Shown: piece by piece, positions 31,059 through 40,028 of the stretch
How positions within the stretch are numbered: the first letter of the stretch is position 1
Layout: every line of letters starts with the position of its first letter
DNA from: Candidatus Brennerbacteria bacterium
GTDB lineage: Bacteria > Patescibacteriota > Minisyncoccia > UBA6257 > GWB1-50-10
Direction of reading: 5' to 3'
Assembly (NCBI GenBank): GCA_016183535.1
Contig: JACPEK010000002.1
Span: forward strand, 1,382 to 65,381
Length of the DNA stretch: 64,000 bases
Made by a program: the position numbers and the translations under genes
Notes under the pieces: generated by a model
Database searches by the model: none
What the model was told of the DNA's origin: nothing
What the model saw: only the letters and a program-made list of their open reading frames with translations

Positions 31059-31160
31059 CGAATATTCACGAATTATGAACACGAATATCACAAATAATTA
31101 TCGCCCATCGCCCATGCCCGTTCGCGGCATTCGTGGAAGCCATTCGTGTACATTAGTGTT
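31057..31160. repeat. ACGAAT/ATTCGT imperfect palindrome in the rplV-rpsC spacer
   Basis: ACGAAT x3 followed by ATTCGT x2. Confidence 0.7.
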
Positions 31161-31166
31161 TTAAAC

Positions 31167-31895
31167 ATGGGACAAAAAGTAAAACCGAACGCTTATCGTA
31201 TTGGCATCAGTCTCCCGTGGCAGAACCGCTGGTTCTACCACAAAAACCTCCGCTACTTTTTGGAGGAGGATTTTCATATTCGCCGCTACCTTCGCGAGAA
31301 AGTGCTCCAGGCGGGTATTGCATCGATCGAGATAGAGCGGACGAGTGGCGCGATCCGGGTTATAGTCCGTGCCGCGCGTCCCGGACTCATCATCGGCCGC
31401 GGCGGAAAGGGCATTGAGGAATTGCGGGCGGGACTTTTGGAAACCATTAAGAAATGCCGGCGCGGCGCGAAAATCGGCGTAGTGCCCGCCCGCGCATCAG
31501 GATCGGGCGGCACGGCGGTTTTGAATCTCAACCTTAACATCGAAGAGTTGAAACGATCCGATGTTTCCGCGGCGGTAGTCGCCCAGCAGGTGGCGTTCGA
31601 CATCGAAAAGCGACTCCCATTCCGGCGGGTTATGAGACGAACTCTTGAGACGACTATGCAGAACCGCGAAGCGCAGGGAGCGAAAATCCGTCTCTCGGGC
31701 CGCCTGAATGGCGCGGAAATATCGCGTAACGAATGGCTCGCGAAAGGGCGCATGCCGCTCCAGACGCTCCGTGCAAACGTTGATTATGGGGAGGCCACCG
31801 CCTTCAACACCTACGGCACGATTGGGGTGAAGATATGGATTTATAAAGGCGATGTATTTGAAAAGAAAAATGATCGCGAATCGGCGCGAATGTGA
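31167..31895 (+). CDS. rpsC: 30S ribosomal protein S3
   Basis: MGQKVKP, RPGLIIGRGG, SGRLNGAEI, PLQTLRA. Confidence 0.97.
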   Translation: MGQKVKPNAYRIGISLPWQNRWFYHKNLRYFLEEDFHIRRYLREKVLQAGIASIEIERTSGAIRVIVRAARPGLIIGRGGKGIEELRAGLLETIKKCRRGAKIGVVPARASGSGGTAVLNLNLNIEELKRSDVSAAVVAQQVAFDIEKRLPFRRVMRRTLETTMQNREAQGAKIRLSGRLNGAEISRNEWLAKGRMPLQTLRANVDYGEATAFNTYGTIGVKIWIYKGDVFEKKNDRESARM

Positions 31896-31916
31896 CCATT
31901 GTGAATATTGGTAAAC

Positions 31917-32330
31917 ATGTTACAGCCAAAGAAACAAAAATTTCGCAAACAGCAAAAAGGACGCTCGCGCCGCCGCCTTGTCGAGACGCGCGGCACCACG
32001 CTTGGTTATGGGCGTTTCGGGCTTCAGGCCACTTCCGCCGCGTGGGTAACCGGCAATCAGATTGAAGCGGCGCGCAAAGCGGTGAGCCACACGCTCGCGA
32101 AGGAAGGTAAGATGTGGATCCGTATTTTTCCCGACAAACCCATTACCAAGCTCCCGCCCGAGGTTACCTTAGGAGGAGGCAAGGGTGAGGTGGATCACTA
32201 TGTGTTTCCGGTGAAGCCGGGTCGCATCCTTTTCGAAATTGACGGCGTGAAAGAAGAAACTGCGCGCGCGGCGTTGAGACGCGCAGGGTTTAAACTTCCG
32301 GTCGGTACCCGGGTGGTGGTCAAATCTTGA
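31917..32330 (+). CDS. rplP: 50S ribosomal protein L16
   Basis: MLQPKK.KFRK, QIEAAR, WIRIFPDKP. Confidence 0.97.
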   Translation: MLQPKKQKFRKQQKGRSRRRLVETRGTTLGYGRFGLQATSAAWVTGNQIEAARKAVSHTLAKEGKMWIRIFPDKPITKLPPEVTLGGGKGEVDHYVFPVKPGRILFEIDGVKEETARAALRRAGFKLPVGTRVVVKS

Positions 32331-32333
32331 GCT

Positions 32334-32546
32334 ATGAAAACGAAGGAACTCATCGCTCGCCGCGGGAAGAATGCGGAGGATCTCATGAAAGAGATTCGCG
32401 AGCTTGCGGCGCGGAAAGAAACGCTCCAATTTGACTTAGCGGCGGGCAAAGTGAAGAATATACGCGAAATTCGGCAAGTGAAGAAAAGCATCGCTCAACT
32501 CAAAACACTCCTCAAGGAGGGGCGAGTGATAAAAATTAAAACATGA
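32334..32546 (+). CDS. rpmC: 50S ribosomal protein L29
   Basis: IRQVKKSIAQLKT; operon position. Confidence 0.93.
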   Translation: MKTKELIARRGKNAEDLMKEIRELAARKETLQFDLAAGKVKNIREIRQVKKSIAQLKTLLKEGRVIKIKT

Positions 32547-32791
32547 GAACGCTCATCGGCATCGTTGTTTCCGATAAAATGAAAAAAACCCGCGTGGTGG
32601 AAGTGACGCGGATCAAACAACACCCTCGTTACGAAAAACGGTATGAAGCAACGGCGAGCTTCAAGGCGCACGACGAACGCGAAGAATACCATGCGGGGGA
32701 CAAGGTGGTTATTAAAGAAATCCGGCCGATGAGCAAGGACAAACGTTGGGTAATTATAGGAAAATCCGAAGCACAAAACCCTAAATCTTAA
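32543..32791 (+). CDS. rpsQ: 30S ribosomal protein S17
   Basis: GIVVSDKMKKT, HPRYEK, RPMSKDKRW. Confidence 0.97.
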   Translation: MRTLIGIVVSDKMKKTRVVEVTRIKQHPRYEKRYEATASFKAHDEREEYHAGDKVVIKEIRPMSKDKRWVIIGKSEAQNPKS

Positions 32792-32921
32792 ACAAACCAT
32801 AATGACCAAAGCCCGAAATCCCAAACCGTTTGGAACATTCGAATTTCGAATTTGTCCCGACTGCGTCGAGGATACTCGATAAAATCGGTATTTAGGGTTT
32901 AGATATTAGAATTTAGGATTT
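32762..32921. repeat. AAATCC/GGATTT heptamer palindrome with nested twin-hairpin element (copy 2, 32854-32888)
   Basis: AAATCCGAA/CCTAAATCT left arm, TTTAGGGTTTAGATATTAGAATTTAGGATTT right arm; inner GTCCCGActgcgTCGAGGATACTCGAtaaaaTCGG. Confidence 0.7.
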
Positions 32922-32929
32922 ACCTCAAT

Positions 32930-33295
32930 ATGATTCAAGAAAGAGCGATATTGAAAGTAGCGGACAACAGCGGAGCGAAAACCGTGCGTTGTTTTCGTGT
33001 GCTCGGCGGTTCGCGCAAGCGCTACGCGCGTATCGGCGAGGTATTCGTGGCGTCAGTTCAGACCGCGGAACCGCGGAAGCAGGTGAAGAAAAAAGATGTG
33101 GTGCGGTGCGTGTTGGTGCGGAGCCGTGCGCCGATTCGGCGCCGAGACGGCACCGTGGTTCGTTTCGACGACAATGCCGCGGTCATTATTGAAAAGCAGG
33201 AACCGAAAGGCACCCGCATTTTTGGACCTATCCCGCGCGAGATAAAAGAAAAAGGATACCACACGATCGCGTCGCTTGCCGAGGAACTTGTATAA
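32930..33295 (+). CDS. rplN: 50S ribosomal protein L14
   Basis: VADNSGAK, RFDDNAAVI, GTRIFGP. Confidence 0.98.
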   Translation: MIQERAILKVADNSGAKTVRCFRVLGGSRKRYARIGEVFVASVQTAEPRKQVKKKDVVRCVLVRSRAPIRRRDGTVVRFDDNAAVIIEKQEPKGTRIFGPIPREIKEKGYHTIASLAEELV

Positions 33296-33382
33296 CGAAT
33301 GACCACGAAGAGCCGCACGGATATCACGAATTATTCAATCATTAGCAAAATTAGTGGATTTATTCGTGTAAATTAGTAAATT
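33294..33382. repeat. ACGAAT/ATTCGT imperfect palindrome in the rplN-rplX spacer
   Basis: ACGAAT/CACGAA units followed by ATTAGT/ATTCGT units. Confidence 0.6.
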
Positions 33383-33385
33383 TTT

Positions 33386-33697
33386 ATGAAACTAAAAATA
33401 AAAAAAGGCGATACCGTCGTCGTGCTTCGGGGCAAGGATCGCGGGAAGTCGGGTAAAGTGCTCCAGACGGCGCCCTCTCTTGGTCGCATTGTGGTGGAGG
33501 GTTTGAATCTTGCGAAAAAGCACGTGCGGCCGCGGCGGCAGGGAGAAAAAGGAGAAATGGTTTCCGTTCCCCGCGCCGTGCCGGTCGGCGCGGTGGCCCT
33601 CTTCTGCGGAACGTGCAACCGTGGCGTGCGGTTTGGAGTGAAAAAAGAAGAGAAAGATCGCGTCCGCGTGTGTAAGCGTTGCGGGAATTCCATATAA
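33386..33697 (+). CDS. rplX: 50S ribosomal protein L24
   Basis: KOW motif KKGDTVVVLRGKDRGKSG. Confidence 0.97.
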   Translation: MKLKIKKGDTVVVLRGKDRGKSGKVLQTAPSLGRIVVEGLNLAKKHVRPRRQGEKGEMVSVPRAVPVGAVALFCGTCNRGVRFGVKKEEKDRVRVCKRCGNSI

Positions 33698-33725
33698 GAC
33701 TCATAAGTCCTCTACGTCCCATACA

Positions 33726-34232
33726 ATGACAAAACAATTTCGCAAAGACAATGATTTGGAAAAAATCGTCGTAAATATCGGCGTGGGTCGCGCGCGCACA
33801 CTCCCGCAGTTCGATGAGAAGGTGTTGCCGGAAGTTGCCGCATCGCTTGCGGCCGTTACCGGACAGAAAGCGGCATCGCGCGCCGCCCGGAAAGCGGTGG
33901 CAAGTTTTAAGACGCGGGCGGGTGACGTAGTGGGACTTCAGGTGACGCTTCGGGGCGTTCGTATGCGCGAGTTTCTCACAAAACTTATCCGCATCGTGCT
34001 CCCGCGCGTGAAGGATTTTCGAGGTCTCGACCGCTCGAACGTGGATGCGCGCGGTAATCTCAATGTCGGCATCCGCGAGCAGTATGTGTTTCCCGAGATC
34101 AATCCCGAGAAGTCGAAGGTGTCGTTTGGGTTGCAGATCACAGTTGTGCCGCGGATGCAGAATCGCGCGCGCGCGATCGCATTCTATGAATCTATCGGTA
34201 TGCCATTGAAAAAGGAGGGGGTAAAAGGTTAA
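33726..34232 (+). CDS. rplE: 50S ribosomal protein L5, N-terminally short
   Basis: [29 protein letters not shown]. Confidence 0.96.
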   Translation: MTKQFRKDNDLEKIVVNIGVGRARTLPQFDEKVLPEVAASLAAVTGQKAASRAARKAVASFKTRAGDVVGLQVTLRGVRMREFLTKLIRIVLPRVKDFRGLDRSNVDARGNLNVGIREQYVFPEINPEKSKVSFGLQITVVPRMQNRARAIAFYESIGMPLKKEGVKG

Positions 34233-34243
34233 TATCAATCGCC

Positions 34244-34429
34244 ATGGCAAAAACATCCGTTGTTGCACGTTCCAAGAAAACACCGAAATATTCCACGCGC
34301 ATAGTGCGCCGCTGTTTTCGGTGCGGGCGCGGGCGCGGCTATCTGCGGGATTTTAACATGTGTCGCATCTGTTTTCGTGAGCTCGCGAGTCGCGGCGAGA
34401 TTCCGGGGGTGAAGAAAGCGTCATGGTAA
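34244..34429 (+). CDS. rpsN: 30S ribosomal protein S14, Zn-binding type
   Basis: RCFRCGR...[15 protein letters not shown]. Confidence 0.97.
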   Translation: MAKTSVVARSKKTPKYSTRIVRRCFRCGRGRGYLRDFNMCRICFRELASRGEIPGVKKASW

Positions 34430-34529
34430 GTTACAAATGAGCACGAAATGGACACAAATATCACGAATAGTATTGCGATAGAAACAGTCATTCGTGCCAT
34501 TTGTGGGATTATTCGCGAAGATTAGTACG
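34430..34529. repeat. ACGAAT/ATTCGT imperfect palindrome in the rpsN-rpsH spacer
   Basis: ACAAAT/CACGAA units followed by ATTCGT/ATTTGT units. Confidence 0.65.
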
Positions 34530-34901
34530 ATGTATATAAATTTTCTCATCCAACTCAAAAACGCGGTGCGCGCGGGCAAAAAATCCGCGAAGTTGCCGTA
34601 CACGGTCACGGATCTTGAAATCGCTAAGACGCTCGCGCGCTATGGATTTCTGCAAAACATTGAAGTGAAGGGCCGCGCGATGAAAAAAATTATCGAGGTT
34701 GAGTTTAACGCCTCTCGCCCCATTCGCGACGTGAAGTTCAAAAGTACGCCTTCTGTGGCGCGTTATGTCGGATATCGCGACGTGAAATCGGTAAAGCAGG
34801 GTCATGGACTGCTTGTAATGACGACCCCGAAGGGAATTCTTGCGGGGCACGAAGCACGGAAGGAACGAGTCGGCGGAAAACTTTTATTTGAAATTTGGTA
34901 A
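34530..34901 (+). CDS. rpsH: 30S ribosomal protein S8
   Basis: LKNA, STPS...Y, TTPKGI, VGGKLLFEIW. Confidence 0.95.
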   Translation: MYINFLIQLKNAVRAGKKSAKLPYTVTDLEIAKTLARYGFLQNIEVKGRAMKKIIEVEFNASRPIRDVKFKSTPSVARYVGYRDVKSVKQGHGLLVMTTPKGILAGHEARKERVGGKLLFEIW

Positions 34902-34927
34902 GGACTCGATTCAAAATCACGACTCAT

Positions 34928-35479
34928 ATGTCAAAAATAGGCAAACAACCAATCATTATTCCCGAGAATGTTACCGCGATGGTCGCGGATGGCGCAGTTC
35001 TGATAAAAGGAAAAAGTGAATCCGTCGCCATCCGGACACTTCCGGGAACCGAGGTAAAAATCAAGGAGGATGCGATTGTGGTTTCCTCCGTCGGGGCCGG
35101 CAAGCAGGCGCGGGCGAACTGGGGTACGCTTCGCGCACTTATCGCGAACGCCATCAAGGGGCAAGTGGAAGGGTTTTCGAAGACGCTCATCCTTGAAGGT
35201 GTGGGGTTCCGCGCCGCGAAAGAAGGAGAAGGACTGGTTTTGAGTCTCGGGTTTTCGCATCCGGTCAATTTTCCCGCGCGCACAGGCATCTCGTTCGAAG
35301 TGGGAAAAAACAACGCCATCACGGTGAAGGGAACCGATAAAGCGCTGGTGGGTCAGGTGGCGGCGGAGATTCGCGCACTTAAGAAGCCGGAACCGTACAA
35401 AGGGAAGGGGTTTCACTACTCGGATGAGGTCGTTCCGAGGAAGGCGGGAAAGAAGGCCGCCGCGTCCGCGGGAAAATAG
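34928..35479 (+). CDS. rplF: 50S ribosomal protein L6
   Basis: MSKIGKQPI, LGFSHP, PEPYKGKG. Confidence 0.97.
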   Translation: MSKIGKQPIIIPENVTAMVADGAVLIKGKSESVAIRTLPGTEVKIKEDAIVVSSVGAGKQARANWGTLRALIANAIKGQVEGFSKTLILEGVGFRAAKEGEGLVLSLGFSHPVNFPARTGISFEVGKNNAITVKGTDKALVGQVAAEIRALKKPEPYKGKGFHYSDEVVPRKAGKKAAASAGK

Positions 35480-35482
35480 ACT

Positions 35483-35851
35483 ATGCGCAGAAAGAAACAC
35501 ACGCTCCAAACCGTCCGCGCGCGCCGCGCCTCCCGCGTGCGGAACAAAATAAGGGAAATTAGCGGTCGGGCGCGCCTCTCCATATTCCGGAGCAATCGTT
35601 TTACCGTTGCCCAGCTTATTGACGACGCGACGGGACGCACGTTGGTGTCGGTTTCTTCGCGTGAATTCTCTGCGGGAAACAAAACTTCAGGGACAAAAAC
35701 TGCGATGGCTACCATGGTCGGAAAAACCCTCGCCGATCGCGCGAAAGCGGCCGGTATCGCACAGGCGGCGGTGGATCGGGGAGGATATCGGTACCATGGA
35801 CGAATAAAAGCGCTTGTGGAAGCGGTGCGGGCGGGTGGGCTTTCGGTGTAG
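35483..35851 (+). CDS. rplR: 50S ribosomal protein L18
   Basis: RLSIFRSN, DRGGYRYHGRIKAL. Confidence 0.97.
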   Translation: MRRKKHTLQTVRARRASRVRNKIREISGRARLSIFRSNRFTVAQLIDDATGRTLVSVSSREFSAGNKTSGTKTAMATMVGKTLADRAKAAGIAQAAVDRGGYRYHGRIKALVEAVRAGGLSV

Positions 35852-35879
35852 AGCATCTCTCTTCGTGTAAATTAATGTT

Positions 35880-36386
35880 ATGCAGAGAACAATGATGAAA
35901 AAAAAGAGCGAGTACGACGAACGCCTCCTTGAAGTGCGGCGGGTGGCGCGCGTGATGGCGGGAGGCAAGCGATTTAGCTTTCGGGCTTCGGTTGTGGTGG
36001 GAGATCGACGCGGAAAAGTGGGATTCGGGATCGGTAAGGGTCTTGATGTGATGAGCGCGGTCGAGAAGGCGAAGCGGCAGGGGGAGAAACGCCTCATTGT
36101 GGTGCCTTTGGTGGAACATCGCACCATTCCGCATGAAATCGACGCAAAGTATGGCGCGGCGCGTGTGCGTCTCAAACCGGCGAAGAAAGGTCACGGACTC
36201 ATCGCGGGTTCGGCGGCCCGCGCGGTGCTAGAACTTGCCGGCGTTCGTGATGTGTCAGCGAAGACCACCGGGCGCACCAAAAATAAAATCGCGAACGCGC
36301 TCGCGGCGCTCGCGGCGCTCGCGGCGCTCCATCCACGAAAGATTCGGAAGGAAGAGACGGCAAATCCGAAATTTGAAACGGTCTGA
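35880..36386 (+). CDS. rpsE: 30S ribosomal protein S5
   Basis: RRVARVMAGGKRFSFRA, LKPA..G.GLIAG. Confidence 0.97.
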   Translation: MQRTMMKKKSEYDERLLEVRRVARVMAGGKRFSFRASVVVGDRRGKVGFGIGKGLDVMSAVEKAKRQGEKRLIVVPLVEHRTIPHEIDAKYGAARVRLKPAKKGHGLIAGSAARAVLELAGVRDVSAKTTGRTKNKIANALAALAALAALHPRKIRKEETANPKFETV

Positions 36387-36415
36387 AGAATAGAATTTAA
36401 ATTTTTTACGAACAT

Positions 36416-36832
36416 ATGCAACTTCATCAATTATCTCCTCAATTGAGGAGAAAAAAAGAAAAGCGGGTGGGTCGCGGCGGCAAGCGCGGAAAAACCGCCG
36501 GCCGCGGCGAGAAAGGGCAGGGTGCTCGTGCGGGACATCGCATTCGGCCCGCCGAGCGGGATCTCATCCAGCGGATTCCGAAACTGCGCGGCATGAAAAA
36601 TCGCCGCATTTCAAACCCGCCGTCGGTGGTAAAAACAGGCGACTTGACCCGTTTTGAGGGGAATGAAGTGACGCGCGCGGCGCTCGCGGCGCAAGGGTTC
36701 ATTCCGCGGGCGGGTGAGAGGGTGAAAATCGTGCGTGGCGGCAGGCTTGTACGAGCGCTTATCATAAAAGACATTCCGGTTTCGGCGGGCGCGAAGGAGG
36801 CGATCGAAACGGCGGGCGGAAAAGCGGCATGA
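36416..36832 (+). CDS. rplO: 50S ribosomal protein L15 (no rpmD upstream)
   Basis: RVGRGGKRGKTAGRGEKGQGARAG. Confidence 0.96.
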   Translation: MQLHQLSPQLRRKKEKRVGRGGKRGKTAGRGEKGQGARAGHRIRPAERDLIQRIPKLRGMKNRRISNPPSVVKTGDLTRFEGNEVTRAALAAQGFIPRAGERVKIVRGGRLVRALIIKDIPVSAGAKEAIETAGGKAA

Positions 36833-38100
36833 ATAGGATTCTACAAATATTCAAAATACCGGACCTTCGCAAGAAAGTACTTGCGGTACTGGGGCTTCTC
36901 GTGGTGTTTCGCGCGCTCGCCGCGATTCCGATTCCCGGCATCGACGCGACGCGGCTCGAGGAATTTTTTTCTTCGAACCAACTCTTTGGATTTCTGAATA
37001 TCTTCTCGGGCGGAGGACTTGACAATCTTTCCATTATGATGCTTGGTGTTACTCCCTATATCACGGCGACCATCATTATGCAACTTCTCACCATCATCTT
37101 TCCGAATCTCAAAAAGTATTACTACGAGGAGGGTCCCGAGGGTCGCGCCAAATTCAATCGCATCTCACGCTGGCTCACGGTGCCCTTGGCGGTGCTCCAA
37201 GGATATGGATTTTTGAACCTTTTGAAATCGCAGGGTGTGTTGGGCGAGCTTTCCTTGTTCGAGCTTATAACGAACGTGGTGGTGATCAGCGCGGGGAGCG
37301 TGGTGTTGATGTGGCTCGGCGAGCTCATCACGGAATATAAGATCGGCAACGGCATTTCTTTCCTTATCTTTGCCGGCATCGTGTCGGGTCTCCCGCAGGC
37401 GGTGATTTCCGCGGCGGTGAACTACCAATCTTCGATGATCCCGACTTATCTTGCGTACGTTATCCTCGCGGTGATTGTCGTGGCGGGCGTGGTGTTTGTG
37501 AACGAAGCGGAACGGAAGATTCCGGTCGCGTACGCAAAGCAGGTGCGCGGGAACCGCATGTACGGCGGCGCCCAGACCTACCTGCCGCTCAAGGTGAACC
37601 AGGCGGGTGTAATTCCTATCATCTTCGCGGTTTCCCTACTCCTCTTCCCGCAATTTTTGGCGCAGGCGGCGGCGATTTTCTCGCCCGATCTCTCGATTCG
37701 TTTGAACGAGCTTGTGGGCAGATTCCTCGGGAGCGTAACGGTGTATAGCGCTTTATATTTTGTGCTCGTGGTGCTCTTCACATATTTCTACACCGCGGTA
37801 ACGTTCGATCCGGAGGAAATTGCGAAGAATCTTCAGAAGAGCGGGGGATTCATTCCGGGCATCCGTCCGGGTGAACAGACTTCTGCCGCGATCGGGAAGG
37901 TGGTCCATCGCACGACGCTCTTCGGCGCGCTTTTCTTGGGTGTGGTTGCCATCCTTCCGAATCTCACCCAGATTGTAACGGGGATCCAGGCCCTGACGAT
38001 CGGTGGCACCGCGCTCCTCATTGTGGTGGCGGTGGCGCTCGAGGTGTTGAAGCAGGTGGAAAGTCAGCTTACGGTGCGCGAGTACGAGGGGATTTTTTAG
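36829..38100 (+). CDS. secY: Preprotein translocase SecY
   Basis: LGVTPYITATI, GNGISFLIF, AGVIPIIFA, FIPGIRPG. Confidence 0.98.
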   Translation: MNRILQIFKIPDLRKKVLAVLGLLVVFRALAAIPIPGIDATRLEEFFSSNQLFGFLNIFSGGGLDNLSIMMLGVTPYITATIIMQLLTIIFPNLKKYYYEEGPEGRAKFNRISRWLTVPLAVLQGYGFLNLLKSQGVLGELSLFELITNVVVISAGSVVLMWLGELITEYKIGNGISFLIFAGIVSGLPQAVISAAVNYQSSMIPTYLAYVILAVIVVAGVVFVNEAERKIPVAYAKQVRGNRMYGGAQTYLPLKVNQAGVIPIIFAVSLLLFPQFLAQAAAIFSPDLSIRLNELVGRFLGSVTVYSALYFVLVVLFTYFYTAVTFDPEEIAKNLQKSGGFIPGIRPGEQTSAAIGKVVHRTTLFGALFLGVVAILPNLTQIVTGIQALTIGGTALLIVVAVALEVLKQVESQLTVREYEGIF

Positions 38101-38212
38101 CTCGCTCGGCACCCCTCCTCATCAGGCGGCCTTCTCCGGGGCGACGCCCAAATCTCAGCCTTCTTCGTAGGGACTTTGATGGGATACTGAAGTTATATAG
38201 AATATATCCACC

Positions 38213-38914
38213 ATGCATAAACAAGCGGTGATTCTCTACGGGCCTCCCGGGGCGGGAAAGGGGACGCAGGCGGAGCTTCTCGCGCGCCGGTATGGATTCG
38301 TCCATTTCGACGGCGGGCGTGTTATTGAGGCCATCGTCCATGCGCCGGGAGCGGAAAAGAGCTCGGTGCTTCGGCGGCAGCGCGCGCTTTTCGACTCCGG
38401 CAAAATGTGCGACCCCGAATGGTTTTTGGGCACGGTGAAAGAAATGTCCGCACGCATCGCAGGGTCCGGCTCAAGCGTGGTTTTCAGCGGTGCGTTCCGT
38501 ACCGACTTTGAGGTATTCGGCGGGAATGGCCGAAAGGGTCTTCTCGAGACACTCATCAAGCTTTATGGAAAAAAGAACGTGCATGTGGTGATGCTCTCCA
38601 TTCCGCCCAAAGATTCCATCCACCGGAACTCGCTCCGCAAGGTATGCACGGTGTGCGGCCTCCAGCAACTTCCGGGAAGCAAGCATCCGCGCTGCCTTTT
38701 CTGCGACGGGCCTATGCGGGTGCGAAGTTTGGATAGTCCCTCGGTCATCAAAGAGCGTTTGAAGGTGTATCACGCGAAGGCGGTGCCGATTCTTACGAAG
38801 CTCAAGCGCCATGGTGTGCGCGTCGTAACGGTGCGCGGCACGTCCGCGCCGTACAAGGTTTTCCAGGGTGTACTGAAAGCGTTGAAACTTCCGCCACTCC
38901 AACTTAAAAAATAA
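38213..38914 (+). CDS. adk: Adenylate kinase (divergent, Zn-LID)
   Basis: GPPGAGKGTQA P-loop, CTVC...CLFC; position after secY. Confidence 0.85.
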   Translation: MHKQAVILYGPPGAGKGTQAELLARRYGFVHFDGGRVIEAIVHAPGAEKSSVLRRQRALFDSGKMCDPEWFLGTVKEMSARIAGSGSSVVFSGAFRTDFEVFGGNGRKGLLETLIKLYGKKNVHVVMLSIPPKDSIHRNSLRKVCTVCGLQQLPGSKHPRCLFCDGPMRVRSLDSPSVIKERLKVYHAKAVPILTKLKRHGVRVVTVRGTSAPYKVFQGVLKALKLPPLQLKK

Positions 38915-39672
38915 TGCGGTTGAAGACGAAAAAAGATATCGCGGCGCTCCGTGTCTCGGGGCGTATTCTTGCGGAGACGCTCCATTCGCTAGCGAAAGAA
39001 TGCAAACGGGGAGTTTCGCTCGAATATTTGGATGATCTCGCGCGGGAGCGTATCAGAGTACAAGGAGCAAAGCCGGCATTCTTGGGATATCAACCGGCAT
39101 GGGCGGACGAGCCATACCCGGCGGCAATCTGCGCTTCCCTGAACGAACAGATCGTCCATGGTCTTCCTTCGGCCTATGTGATGCGGGATGGCGATGTGGT
39201 GAAGCTTGACTTAGGTGTGGACTATCGGGGTTATTTTACCGATGCGGCGATCACGGTTGCGGTAGGGAAGATTCCGGCGCGGAGCGCGCGTCTCATTGTG
39301 GCGACAAAAAAAGCGCTTATGGCGGGTATTCGCGCGGCGCGGCCGGGAAACCGTCTGGGCGATGTGGGGTACGCGATAGCGCGCGCGATAGAGGGCGCAG
39401 GGTTTCGTATCGTGAATGGTCTCACGGGTCATGGTGTGGGGTTCGCGCCGCACGAGGATCCGGAGGTTTTGAATTATGGCGAGAGGGGAACAGGTTTGGA
39501 GATCAAGCCGGGACTCGTGATCGCGATAGAGCCGATGGCGAGCGCGGGGACGCCCGAGGCGAGAGAAAATCCCGACGGGAGTTTCTCGACGGCGGACGGT
39601 TCGGTTGCGGCGCATTTCGAGCATACGGTATACGTGGGCGAGAAAGGGCCCGAGATATTGACTTCTGCGTAG
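38914..39672 (+). CDS. map: Methionine aminopeptidase
   Basis: VHGLP, DLG...TDAA, GHGVG...HEDP, IEPM, HFEHTV. Confidence 0.96.
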   Translation: MRLKTKKDIAALRVSGRILAETLHSLAKECKRGVSLEYLDDLARERIRVQGAKPAFLGYQPAWADEPYPAAICASLNEQIVHGLPSAYVMRDGDVVKLDLGVDYRGYFTDAAITVAVGKIPARSARLIVATKKALMAGIRAARPGNRLGDVGYAIARAIEGAGFRIVNGLTGHGVGFAPHEDPEVLNYGERGTGLEIKPGLVIAIEPMASAGTPEARENPDGSFSTADGSVAAHFEHTVYVGEKGPEILTSA

Positions 39673-39733
39673 CGGCTGGGGTATAGTGGCCCGCGGATCT
39701 TTTTATTTTATTTTTCCAACGAAAGGAGTCTTC

Positions 39734-39991
39734 ATGGAAGAAAAAGAACTGGCGCTCGGACTTGTCGCGTTCGTAATTTCGGCGCCCATCAGTCGCTTTC
39801 TTATAGGACGTACGTTTCTTGCGGATAGCGCGGAGAAGCGAAAAAAAAGCGCGTTCGCGCTTTTCATTTTTGTTCTTGCCGCATCGGTGGCCGCTCTTTC
39901 GGGCGACATTCTGCCGAGTATCGGTTTCGGTTCCCTTGCGGGGATCGTAATCGGGGCGCTCATTGCGCCACTCGACCGAACGCGAAAATAA
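39734..39991 (+). CDS. Hypothetical small membrane protein
   Basis: SD AAGGAG, three hydrophobic segments, hairpin downstream. Confidence 0.6.
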   Translation: MEEKELALGLVAFVISAPISRFLIGRTFLADSAEKRKKSAFALFIFVLAASVAALSGDILPSIGFGSLAGIVIGALIAPLDRTRK

Positions 39992-40028
39992 AAAAACTCG
40001 CCTCCCCTTCATAGTGGGGGCGTTTTTA

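Noticed and set aside
36387-36415. Missing rpmD (L30) as a novelty
   Set aside because: A known general feature of CPR bacteria; used only as a taxonomic clue.
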